From a virus: a stretch of DNA of 64,000 bases. The notes under the pieces are model-generated. The model saw only the letters and a list, made by a program, of their open reading frames with translations. It ran no database searches and had not been told where the DNA came from. Below, piece by piece: positions 19,907 through 28,842 of this stretch. Location: IMG/VR virus record IMGVR_UViG_3300042946_001661, positions 1-64,000 of that record; one strand, 5' to 3'. The position numbers were made by a program, and so were the translations under genes. How positions within the stretch are numbered: position 1 is the stretch's first letter; the number at the start of each line of letters is the position of its first letter.

Positions 19907-20216
19907 TATTTGTTGATTCCTTTTCTTCATCTTTATTTACATCAAATTTATTATATTTTTTAATAAAATTATTATTATTAATATCTCTAAGTATAGAAGA
20001 AACACTACTGTTTATAGTTACATCTCCTTGAAAATCTTTAACTGCTGAGGTGTCAACTTTTCTTAATATTTCTTTTTCCAACTTTATTTTTAACTCTGCA
20101 TCGTCGGGCTCATTTAAAAAATATAGATTACCTGACCCGTAGTCCACCATACAAAAATAATTTTTATTATTAAAAACAACAAGTAATGGTACTAAATATT
20201 TAACGGACATTTCCAT
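19899..20216 (-). CDS. Hypothetical protein
   Basis: 105-aa ORF. Confidence 0.6.
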   Translation of the reverse strand: MEMSVKYLVPLLVVFNNKNYFCMVDYGSGNLYFLNEPDDAELKIKLEKEILRKVDTSAVKDFQGDVTINSSVSSILRDINNNNFIKKYNKFDVNKDEEKESTNNE

Positions 20217-20239
20217 ATAGCTATTAAAGTAATATCAAT

Positions 20240-20506
20240 ATGAATTTTAAAAATTTTTTAAACTTACCAGAAATAGAAAAAGAAGGAGTAATAAAAAAAA
20301 TAGAAAGGAACAAAAATCCTATATCAATAAAGATTGATGACTCAACAGTTGAAGGAACAGAAGTATTTCTATCTCCTTCAGAGTACAGAAGATATAAAAA
20401 AACAGGAAGATTAGAAATTGGATCAAAAGTTAAAATCTATTTACAAAAGCATCCATTAGATCAAGGAAAGGGACCCTTTCAGATATCAAGGGTAAAATTT
20501 ATATGA
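20240..20506 (+). CDS. Small OB-fold-like hypothetical protein
   Basis: MNFKNFLNLPE start; beta-rich pattern. Confidence 0.6.
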   Translation: MNFKNFLNLPEIEKEGVIKKIERNKNPISIKIDDSTVEGTEVFLSPSEYRRYKKTGRLEIGSKVKIYLQKHPLDQGKGPFQISRVKFI

Positions 20507-21240
20507 AAATATTTTTATTGATATTTATAGTATTACTTAATACTACAGCTACTTTTGGAGGAACAAGAGATCCAAACACCCCAGATTCTAAATATCTTGA
20601 GTATGGAAAAAAACATAAATGTGTAATTAAAATTACAACTATAACAAAAGAAGATAAAAAAGCATACGGCTCTGCTGTGGCGATAGATCCATATTGGGTG
20701 CTAACAGCGGCACATCTTGTTAAAGATTCAATTAATGCAAAAATTATTTTAGACAACAAAGAAATAGCTATAGATGAAATATTTATTCCAGATGAATATG
20801 ATGAAAAAAAAATAGGACTGTCTGATATAGCTTTATGCAAACTAAATGAAGGTTTAGATTTAAACTTTTATCCAGAATTATATGAAAAAGAAGATGAAGT
20901 TGGAAAAGTTTGCAGCATATCTGGATTTGGTGTTACCGGAACATTTTCTTCAAAAGAAAGAATTGATGATGGAATTAGAAGGGCAGGATCTAATCAAATA
21001 GATAATATAGAAAAACACCTACTAATATGTACTCCAGGAATAAAAAATAAAACAGAATTAGAATTTTCAATATCTCATGGTGATAGCGGAGGAGGACTAT
21101 TTATAGACAGAAAGCTTGCTGGTATAAATTCTTGTGTAATGGCTGCAGATAAAAACCCAAACTCTAGCTATGGTGATGAATGTGGACACACAAGAGTCTC
21201 AATACACAGGAATTGGATTATAAATATAATTAAAAAATAA
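20503..21240 (+). CDS. Exported trypsin-like serine protease
   Basis: Signal peptide; LTAAH, DIAL, GDSGG catalytic triad motifs. Confidence 0.92.
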   Translation: MKIFLLIFIVLLNTTATFGGTRDPNTPDSKYLEYGKKHKCVIKITTITKEDKKAYGSAVAIDPYWVLTAAHLVKDSINAKIILDNKEIAIDEIFIPDEYDEKKIGLSDIALCKLNEGLDLNFYPELYEKEDEVGKVCSISGFGVTGTFSSKERIDDGIRRAGSNQIDNIEKHLLICTPGIKNKTELEFSISHGDSGGGLFIDRKLAGINSCVMAADKNPNSSYGDECGHTRVSIHRNWIINIIKK

Positions 21241-21321
21241 ATTATGGAGCACTGTTTGGTATTGATCAGCCAAATTACCAAGGTATAAAATGCTCAATAA
21301 CCAAAAAAATAAAAAACTAAG

Positions 21322-21403
21322 CACAAGAGATAGGACTCGAACCTATAGTTGCTTTTGGCGGAAGATTAACAATCTTCTGGGTCTACCATTCCCCCACTCT
21401 TGT
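21322..21403 (-). tRNA. tRNA with GTT (Asn) anticodon and long variable arm; CCA not encoded
   Basis: Acceptor ACAAGAG/CTCTTGT, D-arm GGG..TGGTAGA..CCC, anticodon stem GAAGA/TCTTC with loop TTGTTAA, 14-nt variable region, T-arm ATAGG-TTCGAGT-CCTAT, G73. Confidence 0.88.
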
Positions 21404-21476
21404 GTGATTGTAAACTATTAATACTTTCAAAAGCGTCTGAATTTAAAGCTCAAAAAAGCCTGGAAATTTATTTAAA

Positions 21477-21752
21477 TCACTTAGCTCTATATTCTCCCCA
21501 GACTGCTTCCCATTCATCTGTTTTGGGCATTAACATAGCATCTATGTCAACTTTATCTGGATCTATGCCTGGTCCGTATGGGCTTGGTGAGTATTCCTTT
21601 TGTAGTTTTTTGATCATAGCATCTGCTATGTTGTCGTAATGATTTTGAATTGCAAGATTTATAATCTTATTTGAAAACATCAATGTAAAAAATATCAAAA
21701 AACTAAGAATCAATATAACCCAAACTAATTTTTTATCTAATAAGTCTTTCAT
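21477..21752 (-). CDS. Membrane-anchored hypothetical protein
   Basis: N-terminal TM; AAGGAG SD. Confidence 0.7.
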   Translation of the reverse strand: MKDLLDKKLVWVILILSFLIFFTLMFSNKIINLAIQNHYDNIADAMIKKLQKEYSPSPYGPGIDPDKVDIDAMLMPKTDEWEAVWGEYRAK

Positions 21753-21784
21753 TTTTTCTCCTTAATAATATTATAGTAGAATGT

Positions 21785-22342
21785 TTAGTTTTTAGGACAA
21801 AGTTTACAAATTATTTGATTTGAGGTAATAAATGGTTTTTTCTCAATTAAAAAAATATCTTCTCCAAGTTTATCTATAAACTTGTTCATCAACTCAAATC
21901 CTTTTTCTTTATTTGATAATTCTCTATTTGATTTAAATTTTAAAGTTATTTGTAGTTTTTTACCATTTTTTAAAAATTCTTTAGCATGATTTATTTTTGT
22001 GTTTAAATCGTGTTCTTCTATGCATGATTTAAATCTTATTTCTTTTGATTCTAGTGCTTTTGAATTTTTTTTCTTATCTTTTTCTTTTATTTTTTCTTGA
22101 TATGAGTACTTTTGATAGTCTAGAATATGGCAGACAGGGGGTTTTGCATTAGGTACAATTTCAACTAAATCTAAGCTTTTTTCTTGAGCAACACGAACAG
22201 CAGAATCAAGGCTCATAACTCCAAGTTGCTGTCCCTCAAAAATTACCCTTATAGGGCTGATTTTAATAGCATAATTGATTCTATGCTTAGGAAGAGGTTT
22301 GTTGGAAGAAAACCCAAATTTATTTCTGTACTTGTAACTCAT
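21785..22342 (-). CDS. infC: Translation initiation factor IF-3
   Basis: RIN..I...IRVI..GQQLGVM, LDLVEI.PNAKPPVCHI.DY.K..Y, KEIRF...IEEHDL..KI..A.EFL..G. Confidence 0.95.
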   Translation of the reverse strand: MSYKYRNKFGFSSNKPLPKHRINYAIKISPIRVIFEGQQLGVMSLDSAVRVAQEKSLDLVEIVPNAKPPVCHILDYQKYSYQEKIKEKDKKKNSKALESKEIRFKSCIEEHDLNTKINHAKEFLKNGKKLQITLKFKSNRELSNKEKGFELMNKFIDKLGEDIFLIEKKPFITSNQIICKLCPKN

Positions 22343-22387
22343 TTATAATAATAAAAGTGTGTTGTTAAAATTATTATAGAGTAAAAG

Positions 22388-23023
22388 CTAGTAAGTTTCA
22401 AGGTTGTTATCCAAAATATTGATAAATATTCCTTCTTTCTCTTCAGGATATTTTCTACTAGAGATGATCTCATCATCTTCGTTTTTTTCTATAACTTTAA
22501 ATTCAAGATAATACTCTCCTGGAACCCGTGTGTCATCCAAGAACCAATTGTAAACCAAATAGCTTTCTACTAAAACGTTTTGTTCGACCGTTCCATTTAG
22601 CTTTATAACATCTTCACGAACTAAGTCGTAAGTCGCACTAGAGTTCATTATTTTTATAATTTTTATATTAGTTCCTTTTTTCCAACTAGCCGGCGTAGTG
22701 CTGAAATAACCTCTAGTTACCATAATGCTGTTGTTTATTATTGTGGAAACCTGCATTAATTCATGATTGGTGCTATTTTTAAACAGAATAATATCATCTG
22801 GAACAACGGAGCTAAGACCTACGTTATCTGCTAGAAGTATTTCAAACTCACTATCGTCTATATCTTTTTTAAGCTTTGCGTCCGCCCACATACTGGCTGT
22901 TATTTCTTTACCTGTTAAGTCTATTGGGCTCATATCACAATCATATATTTTAAGCCTAACAGAGGGTTGTGTGCTATTTCTTTTTATAATGAAATCATAT
23001 TCATATTTTTTGCAGTTTGCCAT
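22388..23023 (-). CDS. BppU-like baseplate/tail-associated protein
   Basis: F.IKRN.T.P, DLTG, YNW...DT..PG.Y..EF pattern. Confidence 0.6.
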   Translation of the reverse strand: MANCKKYEYDFIIKRNSTQPSVRLKIYDCDMSPIDLTGKEITASMWADAKLKKDIDDSEFEILLADNVGLSSVVPDDIILFKNSTNHELMQVSTIINNSIMVTRGYFSTTPASWKKGTNIKIIKIMNSSATYDLVREDVIKLNGTVEQNVLVESYLVYNWFLDDTRVPGEYYLEFKVIEKNEDDEIISSRKYPEEKEGIFINILDNNLETY

Positions 23024-23037
23024 AATAATATATATTA

Positions 23038-23382
23038 TTATCTATTAACATTTATTTTTCTAATATCTCCAGATATTTTAATCTTACCAGATTCTAGTTC
23101 GGCAAGCATTTCTAAATTTATATTTTTCTTATAAAGAGAATGTAGGAATATCAAATCTTTATATTTTTTTTCAAGTTGCTTGAGCCACCTGTTTTGACAA
23201 CACAAACCTGTGTGGTCTACAAAATTTTTATATTCACCAAAAAATATAAAATATCTTAAAAAACACCTTTGAATTTTTCCTTTAAAGTATTTTAAAAGAA
23301 ACTTTTTATCTTTAGGTATTTCTAAGAATAAAAATCTCATTCCTATAAACAAACAATCATGATCCAAAATAAATTCCCTCAC
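23038..23382 (-). CDS. Hypothetical protein (start uncertain)
   Basis: ORF. Confidence 0.5.
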   Translation of the reverse strand: MREFILDHDCLFIGMRFLFLEIPKDKKFLLKYFKGKIQRCFLRYFIFFGEYKNFVDHTGLCCQNRWLKQLEKKYKDLIFLHSLYKKNINLEMLAELESGKIKISGDIRKINVNR

Positions 23383-23857
23383 AAAACTCTAAACACAAAA
23401 TCATCATTCCGCCTGCAAACTGTTGTGGAACCCCAGCTTTGTATAAACTTTTTAATGTTTCATTAACCATTTTAATCTCTTTTGTTACATCTCCGTCTTT
23501 TTTTGCTTTATTTATATCTTCTTGAGTTATAACAATGCATTTTTCAAGAGCTTCATATGCTTTTTGAACACCTAATATTATATTAGTATTTACAACTGTA
23601 TAAATTTTATCTTTATTAAATAAACTAGATTTATCTATATTTGTATTAGGATGTGCAGATTTTTCTTCAAAAAATAATTTTATATAGTATTCTGCCAGTC
23701 CCATAGCATCTTTTCTAAAATCATCAATAGATGATATTTCTATATTTTTTAGCAAATTAATTGCTATTAGTTCTTCTGGTTCGTCTTCTATTTCATCAAA
23801 ATCATCAAAATCATCATAATAATCATCTTCGTATTTTTCCATAATTTGTTTTTTCAT
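23357..23857 (-). CDS. Hypothetical protein with acidic N-terminus
   Basis: AAGGAG SD. Confidence 0.7.
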   Translation of the reverse strand: MKKQIMEKYEDDYYDDFDDFDEIEDEPEELIAINLLKNIEISSIDDFRKDAMGLAEYYIKLFFEEKSAHPNTNIDKSSLFNKDKIYTVVNTNIILGVQKAYEALEKCIVITQEDINKAKKDGDVTKEIKMVNETLKSLYKAGVPQQFAGGMMILCLEFCEGIYFGS

Positions 23858-23886
23858 TTTTGAAATGCTCCTTAATACATAACTGT

Positions 23887-24348
23887 ATGTTTAAAAAATT
23901 CTTTTTGGTTTTTTTGTTTTTAACTTTATTTTCTGGTTGTGGTGGAAATCTAAGTCCACGAAACAAACAGAATATAAATAATCCTAACGGAGATGTTCAG
24001 AATAATCAACAAGGGTTTTTGTTGGAATTAGGAAAAATGAGACAAGAAGTCGACATTATAGGAAGCAGATTAAGAGAAGTCCAAGAAGGTTTGATTAACA
24101 TAAATTCTGCTATCTCTAGGAATGAAAATTCAGGAATTCAAATTCTACAAGGAGACGGGGCTCTTTTTCTTGTGTTTAGTTGTGTTGCTCTTGTTTTTAT
24201 TTTCTATTACAAAAATAGAGAGAACGAAAAACTTCTTAAAACAGTTACAAACAAAATTGCTGAGATTAATGATGAAAATCTAACAAACAAAGTAATAGAT
24301 TCTGTCGAGCCTGCTCAAGCAAGAAAACTTATTAAGATGTTAAAATAG
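23887..24348 (+). CDS. Lipoprotein with coiled coil and an internal TM helix
   Basis: MFKK + hydrophobic stretch + LFSG-C lipobox. Confidence 0.7.
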   Translation: MFKKFFLVFLFLTLFSGCGGNLSPRNKQNINNPNGDVQNNQQGFLLELGKMRQEVDIIGSRLREVQEGLININSAISRNENSGIQILQGDGALFLVFSCVALVFIFYYKNRENEKLLKTVTNKIAEINDENLTNKVIDSVEPAQARKLIKMLK

Positions 24349-24362
24349 GCGGCGTCTGGAAT

Positions 24363-24548
24363 TTATTCTGAGGGTTTATTTCTTCTTTGCAATTCTTTTT
24401 TTAGTAGAGACGTTAATCCAGGTTCATTAACTATTTCCATTTCTGGCTTAACTTCTTTGAAGATTGATTCTACTTCTTCTGTGGGTAATCCAGCTCTCTT
24501 GCTGACTTCTTCTAAATCTTCTTTGGACATTTTCATTTTGAGCCTCAC
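24363..24548 (-). CDS. Hypothetical protein
   Basis: GGAGG SD nearby; start uncertain. Confidence 0.6.
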   Translation of the reverse strand: MRLKMKMSKEDLEEVSKRAGLPTEEVESIFKEVKPEMEIVNEPGLTSLLKKELQRRNKPSE

Positions 24549-24567
24549 CTCCTGGGGTCACTCGACT

Positions 24568-24801
24568 CTATCTCAGATAAAAGCCTTCACAGTTATCTGC
24601 AGTTGGAAGACACAACCTATCCGGTTCTATTTTATTTTTTTCACAAAAATGAAAAAAATCTTTAACTTCTTGGTCTATTAATTGTTTTTTTAAAGTTTTT
24701 TTTAAACAATAATAATTATTATTGTTCTCGCCCAAATATCTGCATGTTTTTGAGTTGTGTCCAGCCAAACAAACTTCATCTATTTGTTTTTTTGTTAACA
24801 T
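24568..24801 (-). CDS. Small Cys-rich hypothetical protein
   Basis: CL.G....CRYL..YCLK..DNCEG. Confidence 0.65.
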   Translation of the reverse strand: MLTKKQIDEVCLAGHNSKTCRYLGENNNNYYCLKKTLKKQLIDQEVKDFFHFCEKNKIEPDRLCLPTADNCEGFYLR

Positions 24802-24856
24802 TTTTAATAGTCTTATTTGATGAAGCGAATTTTATCAAGGCGTAAGAATTTGTCAA

Positions 24857-25087
24857 TCAAAAATTTTCAGGTTTTGAATTTTTCTTTCTTATTAAATTCA
24901 TCTCTTTTTTCTTTCTTCTTCTTTTTTCTCCAGGACTTTCATAAAATTCTCTTTTTTTAACTTCCTGAAGAACTCCGCTATCTGATATTACTTTCTTAAA
25001 AATATTCAAACCTCTTTTGAACAAATCTTCCTTTTCTCTTTGAGAAAGATTGTGATGACCATCTTCTTTTAATATTCTAATTTTCAT
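24857..25087 (-). CDS. rpsU: Ribosomal protein bS21
   Basis: L..FKK....SGVLQEVKKREFYESPGEKRRRKK; AAGGAG SD. Confidence 0.9.
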   Translation of the reverse strand: MKIRILKEDGHHNLSQREKEDLFKRGLNIFKKVISDSGVLQEVKKREFYESPGEKRRRKKKEMNLIRKKNSKPENF

Positions 25088-25114
25088 TTAAAGTCTCCTT
25101 CTAATAATAGAGTT

Positions 25115-26257
25115 TCATTCTTTTGGAATTTTTATAAATCTTGTTCCAAATTTTTTATTTTTGATTTTTCTAACATCTTCTATAATTACTTTTTTATTAA
25201 ACTCAGATGTTGTGTTCCAAGTATCTCTGTCTAAGTACGGTAAAAAATTCATTAAATTATTTTTAATATTAACAAAAATGTCATTTTTCCAAGAACTCAA
25301 ATTTCCATTAACTATACTGTTTGTGAAGTAGAATTGAATTTTATTCGGTGTTTCTATTGCTGTGTAGTTGTATAATTCATTTTCCTTTGTATTAAAGTAT
25401 CTTGTTCTCTCATCAAAAATCAAAGATGGTGTTCTTGATAATTTTGATAGCCAAGATAAATCATTAAACAAGTCTAGGGTGCATCCCGTTAGTCTTATAG
25501 AAGATAAAACTTTAGATATATCATATTCATTTACAAATATACAATCTGTTTTATTTGTAAATTCATTTGTTAAATCAAACCCTGTTGGGTGATTCCATAT
25601 AACAGGAAAAATATTTTCACTCTTCAAATATTTTATTAATTCTATATAAAAATCCTTATTAGATCTAACTTTTATATTTCTTCCATCCGCCCAAGAGTTC
25701 AAATAAATAGAAGGATGAAGAAAAACCTTATACCCAGAATTTTCATTTATTGACCTGAGGGTGTCTTTTCCTAAGATTGCAGAACTTGGAATCATAGGAA
25801 AGTTTAATATAATATCTTCGTATTCTTTCCAAAATTTTTCTTTAAAACCATTTTTATAATACAAATTAAAAGTGCTCGAATTAATTACGTTTCTATAATT
25901 TTCATTGAAGCTTCTTAATAATTCTAAATATGTTTTTGATTTATTTTCAAATTCATTTGAATTTTCATAAATATTTTTAAAAAATTTGAAATCAGATAAA
26001 CTCCAATACTCGTCTGCCTCTTTAAACAAGTGTGAGAATCCTGGGTAGGAACAGACTATAATATATTTTGAATTTTTTGTTTTATTTTTATAGTGATCAA
26101 ATAGTATTGATGAAAAAATAAAAGAATGTTTAAAATCACAAAATATAGGTATAAAAAGAAGATTGTCTAAGTCTGTTGGAACTTTTGAATCAAAAAAAAC
26201 TTCTCTTTTAAAGCCTATTCTTTCTGAGGAAACATTCAAGAAATTAATAGTGTTCAT
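25115..26257 (-). CDS. Putative GT-B (GT9-like) glycosyltransferase, divergent
   Basis: Weak: LFKEADEYWSL segment shared with the neighbour; GT9-like C-terminal pattern. Confidence 0.4.
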   Translation of the reverse strand: MNTINFLNVSSERIGFKREVFFDSKVPTDLDNLLFIPIFCDFKHSFIFSSILFDHYKNKTKNSKYIIVCSYPGFSHLFKEADEYWSLSDFKFFKNIYENSNEFENKSKTYLELLRSFNENYRNVINSSTFNLYYKNGFKEKFWKEYEDIILNFPMIPSSAILGKDTLRSINENSGYKVFLHPSIYLNSWADGRNIKVRSNKDFYIELIKYLKSENIFPVIWNHPTGFDLTNEFTNKTDCIFVNEYDISKVLSSIRLTGCTLDLFNDLSWLSKLSRTPSLIFDERTRYFNTKENELYNYTAIETPNKIQFYFTNSIVNGNLSSWKNDIFVNIKNNLMNFLPYLDRDTWNTTSEFNKKVIIEDVRKIKNKKFGTRFIKIPKE

Positions 26258-26260
26258 AAA

Positions 26261-27379
26261 TCACCAGTTCAACAATCCCTTTTTATCTAAAGCGTGTTTT
26301 ACCATATTTTTATCTTCAGTTAAATCTAAAACATAGTCCCAATTATCTTTTTTTATTTCATGTATAGACTTTTCTATAGATAACAAGCCTTTTTCTGTAT
26401 CATTTAAAAATGATACATAATTAGATATTATTATCTTTTTTTTGTTAAAATCAGAACTAGCTGCTATTCTACTTCCTTCTTGTCCTCTAAGAGCCAACTG
26501 ATCTGCGGATTCTACGAGTATAAAAGGAGTTTTTACAATTGAACTCAATCTTGTCGATGCTGTCCAGAGTTGAATGCTAAACTCTACACAACTTAATACA
26601 GCCAATGTAAATTCTAAATTTTTTACCATAGCAGTGTTAGAAAAATCAATACAATTTTCCATTTTTAAACTTGATACATTTTCTCCAAGATAAACAGGAG
26701 TAAAATCATTAGAAACCAAAATTTTATTTAATTTATAATAAAAATCTTTAGGTAAATTTCTACCATATGTTTTTCTGTTTCTTGCAAAAACAGCAACTGC
26801 TTTATTTGGAACTATTTTTTTAATTTCATTTAAATAATCTTCTTTTGGTTTTGGAATACTTCTTGAAAATTTTTTATTTTGTATATCTCCTAATAAAGGA
26901 GGGGAGATATTTTTATTACCACATCTTGGACATAAATCAAAAAAAGCATAGCTCGAATGAAAACATTTTTTACAAACATATGTGATTAAAAAATTGCCAA
27001 GATATTGACTTTTAAAAAGTATGCCTATTTTTTTTAGTTCTTTCTCTAATAAATCTATGTTTTTAGACCTAGTCCAAAAAGCATTACAAGAATCTTTTAA
27101 CCAATAATCATCTTCTTTTAATTCCCAAAACTCATCAACTAAATGTCTATAAAAATATTCCCTTCCAGTCCATCCAACTAATATTATATAATATCCATTA
27201 AAAATATTTAATAATTGTGGTATAGAATAATTACAAGCTAAAGTTTCTACTCCCAATTCACAAAAATTAGTAATAATTAAAATCTTATCTAGTTTTTTCT
27301 TTTTTGTAAATTTATAGACATTAAAACAAAAATTATCTATTTTTTTTTCTTTGATATGCTTGTTTTTAATAAAAAGCAT
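26261..27379 (-). CDS. Putative GT-B (GT9-like) glycosyltransferase with Zn ribbon insert
   Basis: ELG, HLVDEFWEL, CKKC..CPRC, R.R..GRN.P..FY, L...LAVL...S..V.TP. Confidence 0.45.
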   Translation of the reverse strand: MLFIKNKHIKEKKIDNFCFNVYKFTKKKKLDKILIITNFCELGVETLACNYSIPQLLNIFNGYYIILVGWTGREYFYRHLVDEFWELKEDDYWLKDSCNAFWTRSKNIDLLEKELKKIGILFKSQYLGNFLITYVCKKCFHSSYAFFDLCPRCGNKNISPPLLGDIQNKKFSRSIPKPKEDYLNEIKKIVPNKAVAVFARNRKTYGRNLPKDFYYKLNKILVSNDFTPVYLGENVSSLKMENCIDFSNTAMVKNLEFTLAVLSCVEFSIQLWTASTRLSSIVKTPFILVESADQLALRGQEGSRIAASSDFNKKKIIISNYVSFLNDTEKGLLSIEKSIHEIKKDNWDYVLDLTEDKNMVKHALDKKGLLNW

Positions 27380-27385
27380 TTTATA

Positions 27386-27913
27386 TCATTTAGGTTCCGG
27401 TGTGAATCTTAGTGCACCTATCTGATCGCTAATTTTGTCAATCATAGATGCTACTTTTCCCATCTCTTTTTTAATAGAGTCTAATTCTTTTTCTTTAACA
27501 CCCATCGCATGTTTAGATAAAAATTGAACCTCTAAGTCGTATAGTTTTTTCTTCAATTCATTAAGTTTATCTAAACTTTCACCTTCAGTCCAATCGTCTG
27601 TTGGTTTATTTTTTGCATCTCTACCCAAATTTGAATAATCTACTGGGTTGCTACTTTTTGCTACCTTAGATGTTTTATTTTCATTTAATAGTTGAGCTTC
27701 TGAATAATTTGCAATATCATTCCAATAAGAGACACCATCTTGTTCTGGATCTAATTCTGAATCTTTGATATTAATCTGTCCGAAGAAATTAGATTTTCCG
27801 TCCTCTATTTCTTTGGGTTTTAGGTCAGACTTTGGAAATAAACCATCTTTTAATGCTTTATCCCATTGTTGTGTCCACTTATCGAACTGATCTTCCATGT
27901 TATTGTTGCTCAT
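27386..27913 (-). CDS. Hypothetical coiled-coil protein
   Basis: TATATA box before ATG. Confidence 0.7.
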   Translation of the reverse strand: MSNNNMEDQFDKWTQQWDKALKDGLFPKSDLKPKEIEDGKSNFFGQINIKDSELDPEQDGVSYWNDIANYSEAQLLNENKTSKVAKSSNPVDYSNLGRDAKNKPTDDWTEGESLDKLNELKKKLYDLEVQFLSKHAMGVKEKELDSIKKEMGKVASMIDKISDQIGALRFTPEPK

Positions 27914-27942
27914 AATAATTATATATACTTAAGTTTTTAATT

Positions 27943-28380
27943 TTAGCAACCTAAAACTATTCTTAATGTTAAGCTAATCGCTTGTAAACTTGAAATTAAT
28001 ACAGGATTTGGGAATTTATAATACCATATTACAGAATCAGAATTATTAACAATATAATATCCATATATTGTACTTTCTACAATATCGCTGCATCCCCAGA
28101 CCAGAACTTCATCGTAATAAGAAACAACATCCCCTGATTCTACTGTTGCTGCACTCCAGTTATTCTTATCCAGTTCTTTAGAGGAATATCCATCAAAAGT
28201 ACATTCGGTAAACGACAAATTGTTTTCATTCAAGTTGTTCTTAAACAACTTTATCACATAATCATTACAAGAAAGTAGGCTGTCTAAATAGTCCGGCTTT
28301 GAACTTGGAACAGGCTGTGCGACTCCTAATATTGGCGTTGGCGTTGGAGTTGGAGTTGGAGTTGGGGTTGGAGTTGACAT
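27943..28380 (-). CDS. Virion structural-like protein with N-terminal PT repeats
   Basis: (TP)n; LF.N..IYGYY.V pattern of phage structural proteins. Confidence 0.65.
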   Translation of the reverse strand: MSTPTPTPTPTPTPTPILGVAQPVPSSKPDYLDSLLSCNDYVIKLFKNNLNENNLSFTECTFDGYSSKELDKNNWSAATVESGDVVSYYDEVLVWGCSDIVESTIYGYYIVNNSDSVIWYYKFPNPVLISSLQAISLTLRIVLGC

Positions 28381-28386
28381 ATAGTT

Positions 28387-28394
28387 TATTTATA
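28387..28394 (-). promoter_or_regulatory. T4 late-promoter-like box TATAAATA, 6 nt before ATG 28380
   Basis: Exact match to the T4 late consensus. Confidence 0.55.
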
Positions 28395-28842
28395 CATTTT
28401 CAATAATTTTAGATTTTATTAAAATGTTTTTTTCTTTATCTACAAGATCTTCAGAGTTATATGTTTTTAGAGTTGACCAATGAGGGTCATCTTTTGGAAT
28501 ATATTCTTTTTTAGTATAATAAAAAAATTCTGCTATGTATTCGTATTCTTTATTTTCAACTTCATCAACACTCATACCTGAAAGGCGATCATGCAAAATT
28601 TCTTTTAATACTTTTACCGAATCAATCCATCTGGCTTTTGCCATCTTTTGAATAATAGCAAGAGCTGAATACGCATTGTTTTCTAATGCATTTATTACAT
28701 CTTTTTTAAGATCTCCTGGTCCGAATTTTGCTTTTGTTGTATAACATGCAATTACTTCATCTTTGCTAGGTTTATATTTTAAAGAAACATCTTTGAAGTA
28801 TTCTGAAAAATTACTTTCATCAATTATCAACTCTTTGCTCAT
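28390..28842 (-). CDS. Hypothetical protein
   Basis: 150-aa ORF. Confidence 0.7.
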   Translation of the reverse strand: MSKELIIDESNFSEYFKDVSLKYKPSKDEVIACYTTKAKFGPGDLKKDVINALENNAYSALAIIQKMAKARWIDSVKVLKEILHDRLSGMSVDEVENKEYEYIAEFFYYTKKEYIPKDDPHWSTLKTYNSEDLVDKEKNILIKSKIIENV

